From: Escherichia phage vB_EcoM_CRJP21
Reading direction: 5' to 3' (one strand)
Sequence record: OQ708376.1
DNA: 64,000 nucleotides
In this document: positions 39,952 to 48,915 of the stretch, piece after piece
Numbering within the stretch: position 1 is the first letter of the stretch
Layout: every line of letters begins with the position of its first letter
The notes under the pieces: generated by a model
Database searches by the model: none
Told to the model about the DNA's origin: nothing
The model's input: only the letters and a program-made list of their open reading frames with translations
Made by a program: the position numbers and the translations under genes

Positions 39952-40293
39952 ATGAACTTAAGTTCAACAATTCAGTACTTGAGCAGTAACTTCGAGAAAA
40001 TTATTTCTCGCGGTGGGATGATTGTACACCCAGAAACAGAGGAAATGTACATCATTGGATTTGATAAAAATTCTTATGATCAAGTACTTGTAATTTCCAA
40101 GTTAGAAAGTTATAATGAAGTTGTTCAGTTTTGCTGTACCGAATTTGGTATCTATATTAAAGACGCTGAAACTAATACAATTTCGCATTATTTTTACCAC
40201 ACACTGATGGGTACTAAAGACTTCGGCTTGAAGTTCGATGATTTAGTACAATGTCACTATATGTTTAAAACCTTCCCAGCTAGTGGGCATTAA
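39952..40293 (+). CDS. Hypothetical protein (113 aa)
   Basis: ORF with start overlapping the upstream stop (TAAATG). Confidence 0.5.
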   Translation: MNLSSTIQYLSSNFEKIISRGGMIVHPETEEMYIIGFDKNSYDQVLVISKLESYNEVVQFCCTEFGIYIKDAETNTISHYFYHTLMGTKDFGLKFDDLVQCHYMFKTFPASGH

Positions 40294-40306
40294 GGAGTAT
40301 ATCAAT

Positions 40307-41095
40307 ATGAGCAACATTTTCTTCAAAACTATTTCTTTCAAAAAAGCATCTTACTCCTACGCCTACGTTGATGGTAAAGTGCTTAATATTGTACTGGATG
40401 GTGTTGACGTACCAGTTGAATTTAAAACACATGAAGAAGCAGTTGAAGGTGCTAAAGAATTGAATTCAATTCTTAATGGTGAAGTAAGTCAAAAACAACA
40501 TGTAAAATCTGATTTAGATGTACTTTTGGAAAAAATCAAAACTGGTGAAGTATTAGAAATTTTAGACAACTGTAATGAAAAACTTCGTAATGTAGTTAAT
40601 AATGTTCGTGACCAGATTCAAGAAAAAGCACTAGAGCAAGCATTCAAACATGTATCCAAGAATGCTGAATCTCGTATTGACGGTATGGTTAAAAATCTTG
40701 ATGATGTACTATCTCATCTCTTTACTAAAGAATACGAACAAGAAGTTGAAGAAGAACCAGTAAAAGAAACTAAAAAAGAAAAACGTAGCTTTGGCTCAGG
40801 TGATGATGTGTTTGGTTTTACGAATGTCCGAACAAGTGCAGATGAACCAAAAGAAATTAGTGAGATGCTCATTGGTGACATGACAACTAAGCAGCTTCGT
40901 AATGAAATTGACAAGTTTGTAACTAGTTGTATCAAATCAGAACGTGCACAAAGTATGTTTAAAAGCATTAGTGAGAACTTTGGTCCAGAAGCAACTGAGC
41001 AGGCACTAACTGCATTTAAAGAATTGATTTATAATGTAGCCATTAGCAATCCAGATAAAACACTTGAAGAAGTTCTACGTGACAATTTCAAATAA
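40307..41095 (+). CDS. Hypothetical acidic protein (about 262 aa)
   Basis: Track 40283..41095; start moved to ATG 40307 behind TAAGGAG. Confidence 0.55.
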   Translation: MSNIFFKTISFKKASYSYAYVDGKVLNIVLDGVDVPVEFKTHEEAVEGAKELNSILNGEVSQKQHVKSDLDVLLEKIKTGEVLEILDNCNEKLRNVVNNVRDQIQEKALEQAFKHVSKNAESRIDGMVKNLDDVLSHLFTKEYEQEVEEEPVKETKKEKRSFGSGDDVFGFTNVRTSADEPKEISEMLIGDMTTKQLRNEIDKFVTSCIKSERAQSMFKSISENFGPEATEQALTAFKELIYNVAISNPDKTLEEVLRDNFK

Positions 41096-41110
41096 TTAGA
41101 TAAAATTAAA

Positions 41111-41137
41111 GCCACTACAATGTAGTGGCTTTTTTTA
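41111..41137. terminator. Bidirectional intrinsic terminator between convergent genes
   Basis: GCCACTA-CAATG-TAGTGGC hairpin with T-run on the plus strand and A-run upstream, so it is U-rich on both strands. Confidence 0.65.
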
Positions 41138-42292
41138 TTATGCGTTGTAACCAACTATTACGACTGAGCAGTCAAGCGGTTCTACTACTTTAAGAATTAC
41201 ATTATCATCTTCATCCACTTGTATTTCACTATGAACTACATGATTGTCTGAAGAATATAATTGAACTTGTGGTAGTGCTTTACCATGTTCAGTTACTGGA
41301 ACTGAGATAGAGTACATAGAGTCTTCACCGAGAACCCACTCACTTAAAGTATATTCTTTATGGAAAGGAGTAGTATGCAGTGTTTTTCCGATTATACTCA
41401 AAGAAACAGGTAAATTATCAGTTTGATACACAGTAATATTACCTTCTGCGTCTACAGAAAGATCTACACCAACTTGATATAAGTCACCACTGTATGCTTG
41501 AAGTGCTAAGTACTGTCCACGATCATGAACATCAAATGGAACAACCGCAGAAAATACACCTTCCGAAACAGGTTCAAATTGGGATAGAAGAACTGATGTA
41601 ACAAAATCAATATCCTCACCACTTTCAAGAACATCAAATTCCACCACTTTAGTGTTATAATATGGAGAAGTGAGCGTAGCAGTACCTTTCCCTGATTGTG
41701 TGATAACATCAACTGGAATTGTAAATGCATCATTAACAAATTGGGTAGTAAAGTATTCTGTCCCGTCTGGTAATACGATTGTTATTACCATACCGTTAGT
41801 ATCAATTTCTGAACCAGTGTTGAATAATTTACCACTAATTGAGTCATTACCAACAAATACTGGTGAAATGAGAATATTATCTATATCACGATCTATAATA
41901 CCACATTCAGGTGTATACATATGATACAAGGTTTGTGAACTACCTAAAATTGTTTTATGTAGCATAAATTTATATACAAATCCAGTATCAGTTTCTTGTG
42001 GCTCTTCAGAATATCCACGAACAAAGAAACAATTTTTATTAATTTCACTTAATAGTTGGTCATTAGTTTTATTGTAATTTAATAGATAACCTTTATTATC
42101 TTTAGTTGTTATTTGTACTTTACGATATATTATATTAGTTCTTGGATCAACTAAATCATATAATCTATGGCTTCTTTGGCGATAGATTCTAATATTTTTT
42201 AGTCTAGTTCCATCGTTGAGGATTGCACCATCAACAACATAACCACATTCACCAAACTTATAGCGTCCAGCCGCAGCAATTGACCTTGACAT
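41138..42292 (-). CDS. Hypothetical beta-rich protein (384 aa); the only clear minus-strand gene in the window
   Basis: Long minus-strand ORF not overlapped by any plus-strand gene; convergent with the upstream gene across the bidirectional terminator; candidate divergent promoter on the minus strand around 42300..42345. Confidence 0.6.
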   Translation of the reverse strand: MSRSIAAAGRYKFGECGYVVDGAILNDGTRLKNIRIYRQRSHRLYDLVDPRTNIIYRKVQITTKDNKGYLLNYNKTNDQLLSEINKNCFFVRGYSEEPQETDTGFVYKFMLHKTILGSSQTLYHMYTPECGIIDRDIDNILISPVFVGNDSISGKLFNTGSEIDTNGMVITIVLPDGTEYFTTQFVNDAFTIPVDVITQSGKGTATLTSPYYNTKVVEFDVLESGEDIDFVTSVLLSQFEPVSEGVFSAVVPFDVHDRGQYLALQAYSGDLYQVGVDLSVDAEGNITVYQTDNLPVSLSIIGKTLHTTPFHKEYTLSEWVLGEDSMYSISVPVTEHGKALPQVQLYSSDNHVVHSEIQVDEDDNVILKVVEPLDCSVVIVGYNA

Positions 42293-42352
42293 TTATCCCT
42301 CCATTGGTATAATTATTATAACGTATTTATTATGCATATCCAAAAAATGAGC

Positions 42353-42381
42353 TTGACTGGTGTATGATTTGGTGTTATCAT
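42353..42381 (+). promoter_or_regulatory. Sigma-70-type promoter
   Basis: TTGACT, 17 bp spacer, TATCAT. Confidence 0.5.
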
Positions 42382-42408
42382 GTAGTGAATGAATAATGAG
42401 GTGTTTTT

Positions 42409-42993
42409 ATGAATGTTATTGATAATAGATTAGTACTGAAAAATGGAAAAATGACTGTTAAGTTATATAAAGATGAAGCTGATTCTTTTATGGCAAAAGC
42501 GATTGAAAAATCAGAACGATATAAACTTTTGGCTCCAGCAAGTAAATCGCCATATGGTTTTAATCATGCACATAGTCATTTTGTTGGTATGGTGTGTGAG
42601 CACGCATCTTTAGTACTTTTTAATGAAATTGAAAACAATACTGGTATTAAACTTAATATCGATCCAGCATTCCAAAATGAAGCACGTGACGGTGAATGTG
42701 ATATTAAGGTAAACAACCTTCGTATTGAAGTAAAAGGTATCAAGTATAAATCATGGACTGACTTTGGACCATGTGTTAGTACTCGACAGTTAAAAAATAT
42801 CCAGAAAAAAGCTGACGTAATACTATGGGTATTGTATAATGAGAAAAAACAAGAGTTCACGTTTGAGGGATTCAACTATGTAAAAGATATTAGTTCTATC
42901 CCAGTTATCCTCACTGGTGTACCAGGGCGACCAATGATTGAAAATCACCCAGTACTCGGTATTATGAAACCACTACAGGAGTTACCATTGTGA
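42409..42993 (+). CDS. Hypothetical protein (194 aa), possible PD-(D/E)xK nuclease fold
   Basis: Segment ARDGECDIKVNNLRIEVKG fits a D ... ExK arrangement; weak. Confidence 0.5.
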   Translation: MNVIDNRLVLKNGKMTVKLYKDEADSFMAKAIEKSERYKLLAPASKSPYGFNHAHSHFVGMVCEHASLVLFNEIENNTGIKLNIDPAFQNEARDGECDIKVNNLRIEVKGIKYKSWTDFGPCVSTRQLKNIQKKADVILWVLYNEKKQEFTFEGFNYVKDISSIPVILTGVPGRPMIENHPVLGIMKPLQELPL

Positions 42994-43217
42994 TTACTGC
43001 AACTGTATATCAAGATATCAATGAAGAATTTCATTCTAAAATTGCGTTCTTATCATTTCCTGTACTCCCAGCAGTTGGGTCAACGTTGAATCTTACCATT
43101 TGTGGTTTTGAGAAATATTATAAAGTACTAGATATTGAGTACTGTGCTGATGTATATTCATGTAATAGTGAAATTGCAATTCCAGTATCAATCGATATTA
43201 TTGTAAAAGAGGTTTGA
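42990..43217 (+). CDS. Hypothetical protein (75 aa)
   Basis: ORF overlapping the upstream stop. Confidence 0.45.
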   Translation: MITATVYQDINEEFHSKIAFLSFPVLPAVGSTLNLTICGFEKYYKVLDIEYCADVYSCNSEIAIPVSIDIIVKEV

Positions 43218-43675
43218 TTATGTTTAAGAATTTTATGGTTATCGTAGCAGTACTGTTTGGTACATCATGTTTCATTTCCCCAGTACACGCAGAAGAACAA
43301 CGTCAAACTATTAAAACTATTGGGACTGGTAAAACTCCCCCTAAACGTACTGCTGAAGAATACATGCCTGAAATGCGTGAACGTTATCGTCAGACATACA
43401 GGGAAAAACATGCTAATGATAAACCCATCAAGAAGCATAAATGGGAAGTTGTTAAATCTCCTTCATTTTGTGCTGGATATGCTAAAGTAAAGATTGAGCA
43501 GCACAAAAACCAGTACTATAAAGATATGTATTCCTTCTATGACTCCAGAATTTCTGACACAGATATGATGGCAGGGAAGGTTGATAAAGAAGAATTTCTA
43601 CAAGGCTATGATATGATGGACGATGACAAAATCATGGAATGCGTTGAAGTGTATGAAAAATACAGAGGCTTCTGA
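43214..43675 (+). CDS. Secreted/periplasmic protein (153 aa)
   Basis: Signal-peptide-like N-terminus MIMFKNFMVIVAVLFGTSCFISPVHA. Confidence 0.55.
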   Translation: MIMFKNFMVIVAVLFGTSCFISPVHAEEQRQTIKTIGTGKTPPKRTAEEYMPEMRERYRQTYREKHANDKPIKKHKWEVVKSPSFCAGYAKVKIEQHKNQYYKDMYSFYDSRISDTDMMAGKVDKEEFLQGYDMMDDDKIMECVEVYEKYRGF

Positions 43676-44151
43676 TGTTAACAATAGTGTTGTTGGTTAG
43701 TCCATTTGTGTATTTTGTGCTGTATAATATTTTTAGTAATGCTAATCATTTTAAATATGCACAAACAATTGCAAAGCATGAAGGTTTTTGGAATTTTTTC
43801 CCAGCATTACTATGCTCATATCTATACCATGAACGCTATTTCATTTTTCCTGAATATAAAAATTATGGTTATGATTCTAAAGTAAATGGTATAATTGAGT
43901 ACTGTATAAGAAATTATATTAATAATAATGATAACGTCCAAGTAAGAATAGGAAATGGTAATATATCAAGAATAGTTTTCATACCTGATATACAAGACCC
44001 AATATACTTATATCCATATGATTATAGTATTAGTGTAGGTTGTTCGATACATGGTAGTAAATCTATGTACGATTATTTTATCTTACCACCAACACAAATT
44101 AGATTAATAGAAAAATATTTGAGGGAAAAGTTTGACAACAAAGATTCTTAG
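43675..44151 (+). CDS. Membrane-anchored protein (158 aa)
   Basis: N-terminal TM helix LTIVLLVSPFVYFVLYNIF. Confidence 0.5.
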   Translation: MLTIVLLVSPFVYFVLYNIFSNANHFKYAQTIAKHEGFWNFFPALLCSYLYHERYFIFPEYKNYGYDSKVNGIIEYCIRNYINNNDNVQVRIGNGNISRIVFIPDIQDPIYLYPYDYSISVGCSIHGSKSMYDYFILPPTQIRLIEKYLREKFDNKDS

Positions 44152-44192
44152 TATTATAATTAACACACCAAGTAACCCAAGGGGGATGGAAA

Positions 44193-44651
44193 ATGGATGT
44201 ATTAGCTACAAATTTCAAACGTAACACAGAAGAGCGTGAAGGTTATTTGAGTATTAGTGAAGTTGTCGATGACAATTTTAAACAATACATTTTTAATAGT
44301 GCAATTAAATTAAAATGCACAAAAGATTCACCTGATCGTAGCTTTACTAAATGGATTGCGTATTGGGAAGATTCACCAGTTGCAATTGAAATGACTGTGA
44401 TTACAACAGTACTTGAAACAGGTTACATCAAAGCCATTATAGTTGATAAGAAAGTCCGTACTCTTGATGAAATTAATCCATATCCAGCCCGAAATTCTAA
44501 AGTTTTTGGTGTGTTGGTTGATGGTAAATTTATGATAGAAAAAGATGCAAAGGAATATGTAATTAATAAACTTCAAACTACATCAGAAAAAAAGGAAGTA
44601 GTGGACCAAAACTCTGTTGATGCAATCAAAAAAGCATGGGGACTAAAGTAA
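44193..44651 (+). CDS. Hypothetical protein (152 aa)
   Basis: ORF with RBS AAGGGGGA. Confidence 0.55.
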   Translation: MDVLATNFKRNTEEREGYLSISEVVDDNFKQYIFNSAIKLKCTKDSPDRSFTKWIAYWEDSPVAIEMTVITTVLETGYIKAIIVDKKVRTLDEINPYPARNSKVFGVLVDGKFMIEKDAKEYVINKLQTTSEKKEVVDQNSVDAIKKAWGLK

Positions 44652-44652
44652 T

Positions 44653-45075
44653 ATGTTCACACTAAGTAATGCAAAATATCTTTTTCTTATTAGTATTATT
44701 GGTTGGGTTATGGCTCCAGTGCTAAATGCACTGGGGTTTTCCGATGAACATAAACTTTTAAATGTTTCAGGTTTAATTCAGGGTATTTCATGGTATACAT
44801 TAATTATATTTTCAGTGTGCATCAATACATTTGCCCGTGATTATCGACGTTTGTTATATCTGAAAGTATTTGGAACTACACGATATAGTTTTGTTTACAC
44901 TTTCATTTTAGTACCGTGTATGTTATATGCATTTGTATTTGATTACTATACATATCTATGGGTATGTGGAACTATGTTTGTTATGTTGGAATACATCAGA
45001 ACTGTTCAAAACTCATATGCCGATGAGTTTCATGATCTAGAAGTTAAACGAAAATTAACGGAGCTAAACAAATGA
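44653..45075 (+). CDS. Multi-pass membrane protein (140 aa)
   Basis: Several hydrophobic helices (LFLISIIGWVMAPVL, WYTLIIFSVCI, FVYTFILVPCMLYAFVF). Confidence 0.55.
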   Translation: MFTLSNAKYLFLISIIGWVMAPVLNALGFSDEHKLLNVSGLIQGISWYTLIIFSVCINTFARDYRRLLYLKVFGTTRYSFVYTFILVPCMLYAFVFDYYTYLWVCGTMFVMLEYIRTVQNSYADEFHDLEVKRKLTELNK

Positions 45076-45497
45076 GAGGCTATAATAAGATTTGTATTTT
45101 TGTATTTTTAGTTTGTGCATTCAATTCGTTTGGTTACTACTGTACAGAAAATAATATTTCATATGGTTTAAATCCTTTGTGGTTTACAATTTCCAATGTA
45201 GCACAAATTGGTATTGCTCTTATGTCTGCACTTATGTTCTGTCCAATTGTCACTATGGATACTGATCATGAAAGGCTTGGATTTCTCCGTGATACTGGAG
45301 ACGAACCTTACAGTAGATTGATTGTGTTGTATCCATTTATTGTTATTTTAGGTACTAACATCCAACTTGGGTCATTATCTAATAGTGTTACATCAGCAGC
45401 TATTGCTATATTTGCATTCACATTTTTTATGGTACACAAATCAGTACTTAATTGGTATATCACAAAAATGGCAGAAGAAGGTACTAAAAATACTTGA
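45072..45497 (+). CDS. Multi-pass membrane protein (141 aa)
   Basis: Several hydrophobic helices (ICIFVFLVCAF, IGIALMSALMFCPIV, LIVLYPFIVILG, AAIAIFAFTFFMV). Confidence 0.55.
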   Translation: MRGYNKICIFVFLVCAFNSFGYYCTENNISYGLNPLWFTISNVAQIGIALMSALMFCPIVTMDTDHERLGFLRDTGDEPYSRLIVLYPFIVILGTNIQLGSLSNSVTSAAIAIFAFTFFMVHKSVLNWYITKMAEEGTKNT

Positions 45498-45523
45498 CAT
45501 AATTTAGTATGTTATATATAATT
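45494..45523 (+). promoter_or_regulatory. Sigma-70-type promoter
   Basis: TTGACA, 18 bp spacer, TATAAT. Confidence 0.5.
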
Positions 45524-45556
45524 ATTTTGTTAAAAACAAATTAGAGTAAGGAACTT

Positions 45557-45808
45557 ATGAACATCGATAAGGTCAAAGAACTTAGTGCTGCACTAATTAA
45601 GAATGAAGAAGTTTGTGAAGAACTTCGCAGTACTATCAAAGTTGAGTACGCACGACTCCAAGGTATGCTTCAAGAATCAGAATGGGTAGTAACTAAATCT
45701 ATCGAAGCAATCTATAAGGATATCGAATCCCTTTTCAACAAGAAAAGTAAGATTGAATCTGATTCATATAACAAACGTAAAGAGTTATCTACTGCACTTG
45801 GTATCTAA
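45557..45808 (+). CDS. Hypothetical protein (83 aa)
   Basis: ORF with RBS TAAGGAA. Confidence 0.5.
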   Translation: MNIDKVKELSAALIKNEEVCEELRSTIKVEYARLQGMLQESEWVVTKSIEAIYKDIESLFNKKSKIESDSYNKRKELSTALGI

Positions 45809-45814
45809 AAGTAT

Positions 45815-45843
45815 TTGACATAACAAATAATATGGAGTACAAT
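45815..45843 (+). promoter_or_regulatory. Sigma-70-type promoter
   Basis: TTGACA, 17 bp spacer, TACAAT. Confidence 0.55.
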
Positions 45844-45882
45844 GTGCTCCTAATTTAATTATCAGCTAAAAAGGAAAACATT

Positions 45883-46143
45883 ATGAAATCTATTCTCGTT
45901 GCAGTTAACCTGGTTGCTTCCCCATCTTTCAACTTCAAACAAGTTGTTGCTGATAATCTGAAGAAGATCTGTCCAAACGCTGAATTGACTTTCTGTGTAT
46001 TTGATTCAGAAAAAGTAACTAAAGTTGATCTAAACTATCTTTTGAACGAAGTACAAAGCGTTTCTGGTGAAAGTAACTTAAAAGTTCTTCATGAGATTGC
46101 AGAAGATTATGATGACACTCTAGTAATTTCGGAGAAATTCTAA
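45883..46143 (+). CDS. Hypothetical protein (86 aa)
   Basis: ORF with RBS AAAGGAAA. Confidence 0.5.
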   Translation: MKSILVAVNLVASPSFNFKQVVADNLKKICPNAELTFCVFDSEKVTKVDLNYLLNEVQSVSGESNLKVLHEIAEDYDDTLVISEKF

Positions 46144-46148
46144 ATCAA

Positions 46149-46568
46149 ATGATTACATTCATTCAGTACTTAATCATTAAATTTTTTGGCTATTATACGA
46201 TTGAGGGCAAAGCTACGCTTGCACATAAAATCTTTGTAGCATTATGTACGGGTGATTATGACGTATTGAATAAGTACTGTAAATCTAAAGAATGTATTGA
46301 TATAATGGCACTTCGTATCTATGAGTGCCGATCCAATAGATACAATTTTTACCAGTACAGATTTGATAAAGAAGAATTTGATAGCATCAAAATGCTAAAG
46401 AATTTATGTAACAATAAAAAGAATATGCATATATCAGAATTTGTTGCTTTGTATTTTTATTTAAAAAGTTCATTGTATATGAACACGATGCAAAGATTCG
46501 ATACTAGAATTAATGTATTCACCGATAAAGAATTTTATATATACGATAAATTCTTAGATAAGGTTTAA
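46149..46568 (+). CDS. Hypothetical protein (139 aa)
   Basis: ORF 5 nt after the upstream stop. Confidence 0.5.
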   Translation: MITFIQYLIIKFFGYYTIEGKATLAHKIFVALCTGDYDVLNKYCKSKECIDIMALRIYECRSNRYNFYQYRFDKEEFDSIKMLKNLCNNKKNMHISEFVALYFYLKSSLYMNTMQRFDTRINVFTDKEFYIYDKFLDKV

Positions 46569-46569
46569 T

Positions 46570-47067
46570 ATGACAACTGTTTATATTGATAAACGATTAA
46601 ATTTATTGATTACCGATTCTAGAGTTACGTCAACTATACCACGAAACTTATTTGGTTTTTTCCCACTAAGACCAAAATATCAATATGGAGTTGTTAATCA
46701 AAAAACTTTATATGTACATGACCGTTTATTCAGTGCTAGTGGGTCAGTAAGTGAAATTGATAAAGTACTGGATTGGTTAATTAATAAAGTACCAGTTATA
46801 CCTGACAGAAAGTTAAGTTGCCATTGTGTGCTTCTTTCTAAAGATTATGTTATTCATATGATTTTAACTAAAGGAAAGTTTATTAAAAAACTTGAATATC
46901 TACATGAAGACTACACTTTCTTTATGGGAAGTGGTGGAGAATACATGGTAGATGCTGCTATTCATGAAGAACATACAACTTTATATGATAAAGTGTTTAG
47001 TACTTTCATGGATGTGCATAACCATGATTGCTTCACAGATGATAATATTAATGTATATCGATTTTGA
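46570..47067 (+). CDS. Hypothetical protein (165 aa)
   Basis: ORF with start overlapping the upstream stop (TAATATG). Confidence 0.5.
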   Translation: MTTVYIDKRLNLLITDSRVTSTIPRNLFGFFPLRPKYQYGVVNQKTLYVHDRLFSASGSVSEIDKVLDWLINKVPVIPDRKLSCHCVLLSKDYVIHMILTKGKFIKKLEYLHEDYTFFMGSGGEYMVDAAIHEEHTTLYDKVFSTFMDVHNHDCFTDDNINVYRF

Positions 47068-47088
47068 TTTCGTCATTAGGAGATGTAA

Positions 47089-48054
47089 GTGAAAAAGCTT
47101 GATTTAAATACAATTGCCGAAGAAGTTCTGGATGAATGTTTTTCTAATGAAGAAGTCAACACACTAGAAGCCTTAGATTTCGTTGAAGATAAAGATGAAA
47201 ATGAAGGTAAAGTACAAAGCAGTTTCAAATATAATATTACACTTAAGCGACCACCAAATGTTTCCAATGAAGATCTAATTCGTGATATTCAAGCTGGTAT
47301 CAATGTAAAGAAAAACACTGAACTGTTAGTTCGTTACAATTATGGACTTATTATTGATGTAGCAAGTAAATGTACTTGTTATATCCCATTTGAAGATAAG
47401 ATTTCATATGGTGTTGAGGGGTTCATGAGAGCACTAAAAACCTTTGATCTTAATAAGAATGTGAAGTTCATTACCTATGCTTCTTCTAGTATTTACATGA
47501 CAGTTTATAACGAAAGTTCTGACGCTAACTATATGGTACACTTCCCACGTTATATGAGTGTTCATAAGATCAAAGTAAAAAGATTCTGTCAGGAATATAT
47601 GCGTAAACATGGTGTTCGCCCAACTCCTGAAATAATCTCAGAGGGTACTGGGATTGAGATTCAGCATGTTAATAACTGTTTGTTATTTCAAAGCGAATAC
47701 ACTTCTCTGGATGCACCATTAGACGGTGTTACCGATGGTACACTAGGTGACATTATTCATTCACCTGCTTCTGATTTTAACCTCAATGTTGATAGTATTC
47801 GTGCACCTTTACGTTATGCTATCAATGAACTGACTAACGAATTGAGTACTAAAGAACGTGAGATTATCCAGCGTGTTCATGGTCTAGGTGAATATGAACC
47901 TGAAACGCTTCGTGAGATTGCTGATAATGGTTTTGTTGATGATAATGGAAAATATGTTAAATCCCGTTCATCAATACACCGAAAGTACAGTGAAGCTATG
48001 CAAAAGCTTAAGAAGTTAGTACTTGCAAAAGGGTACGAATACGAAGATTTCTAA
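47089..48054 (+). CDS. Sigma-70-family RNA polymerase sigma factor
   Basis: Region 2-like LLVRYNYGLIIDVASK ... FEDKISYGVEGFMRALKTFD ... FITYASSSI and region 4-like LSTKEREIIQRVHGLGEYEPETLREIA ... SRSSIHRKYSEAMQKLKKL; GTG start behind AGGAG. Confidence 0.75.
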   Translation: MKKLDLNTIAEEVLDECFSNEEVNTLEALDFVEDKDENEGKVQSSFKYNITLKRPPNVSNEDLIRDIQAGINVKKNTELLVRYNYGLIIDVASKCTCYIPFEDKISYGVEGFMRALKTFDLNKNVKFITYASSSIYMTVYNESSDANYMVHFPRYMSVHKIKVKRFCQEYMRKHGVRPTPEIISEGTGIEIQHVNNCLLFQSEYTSLDAPLDGVTDGTLGDIIHSPASDFNLNVDSIRAPLRYAINELTNELSTKEREIIQRVHGLGEYEPETLREIADNGFVDDNGKYVKSRSSIHRKYSEAMQKLKKLVLAKGYEYEDF

Positions 48055-48063
48055 AGAACAAGG

Positions 48064-48090
48064 GTTGGCTTATGCCAACCTTTTTTTTAT
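48064..48090 (+). terminator. Intrinsic terminator
   Basis: GGTTGGC-TTAT-GCCAACC hairpin followed by TTTTTTTT. Confidence 0.75.
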
Positions 48091-48118
48091 GGGATGAAGT
48101 AAAAGTTTGTGATATAAT
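48090..48118 (+). promoter_or_regulatory. Promoter with extended -10
   Basis: TGTGATATAAT with a weak -35; would transcribe into the ORF-free GC-rich segment downstream. Confidence 0.45.
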
Positions 48119-48129
48119 TATCTTGTACA

Positions 48130-48600
48130 ATTCTGTTGGCATGATATTCATGTACCTGATCCACTCGAAAACGTAGAGGGCAGTTGAGCAGTCCGACAGT
48201 GCGAACAGCAAAAGAAACCCGTTAGATGTGGGCATAGTTTGAACCCCTCACGGCAATGCGGCTGTATAAAGAACCACGTTAGGATAGCTGGTGGTTCCTT
48301 GATAGACATATAAGGATAACACCTTACGAATTATCTAAGGGAGAGTTATCGAATTTTGTACAGGAAAGTTGCGTCCAAAATTTGAGTACTCACATTAAGT
48401 ATTTGATTGCATAGATACTTAATGAAGATACACTATGTTTAAAAGTGTAGACCGTCATATGAAACTGAAGTAGAGAGAAACAGGATGACCCGCTTTCGCA
48501 CTCGTTATGAGTAATCTTCAATGCAATAGCTCTGATACCATCAGCGTCAAATTTCCCTCCTTGTGGGGGGAAGAAAAATCCCTTCCTCAAATCCCGTCAA
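48130..48600 (+). ncRNA. Candidate structured noncoding RNA (GC-rich, ORF-free segment)
   Basis: About 470 nt with no plus-strand ORF; local GC around 47-52% (hand count on two 60-nt lines) against about a third genome-wide; hairpins such as GAACCAC ... GTGGTTC, TTAAGTAT ... ATACTTAA and TTCCCTCC-TTGT-GGGGGGAA; own promoter upstream and a separate promoter downstream. Confidence 0.35.
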
Positions 48601-48611
48601 TATTAAAAGTC

Positions 48612-48640
48612 CTTGACAGTTATTAATCATTCGCGTAGAA
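48612..48640 (+). promoter_or_regulatory. Sigma-70-type promoter
   Basis: TTGACA, 17 bp spacer, TAGAAT. Confidence 0.5.
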
Positions 48641-48705
48641 TACGTAGTATTAGAAGCGAACAGACATCTCGAAGAGATGGATGATTAACCATTAAGGAAT
48701 ATCAA

Positions 48706-48915
48706 ATGAATTCAGTAATCTTTTTAGTAGTCGCTTTCTCTGTTAATTCCGGTGTACAAATAACCCCAATGAATTCCATGAATCAATGCATAGCAGTACG
48801 TGATAGTACATACGAACAAGTAAACAAAGATATTTGGATTACAGTTAGTAAAGAACAAATGTGGTGTTACAATAGTAATACTAACACAAAGCTTATTGTA
48901 GGACAAACTCAATGA
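48706..48915 (+). CDS. Small secreted/membrane protein (69 aa)
   Basis: Hydrophobic N-terminus MNSVIFLVVAFSVNSGV; RBS TAAGGAA. Confidence 0.5.
   Translation: MNSVIFLVVAFSVNSGVQITPMNSMNQCIAVRDSTYEQVNKDIWITVSKEQMWCYNSNTNTKLIVGQTQ

Noticed and set aside
47089-48700. Group I intron interrupting the sigma factor gene
   Set aside because: The sigma factor ORF ends with a stop codon and a strong terminator, and no downstream ORF continues a sigma region, so there is no evidence for a split gene.
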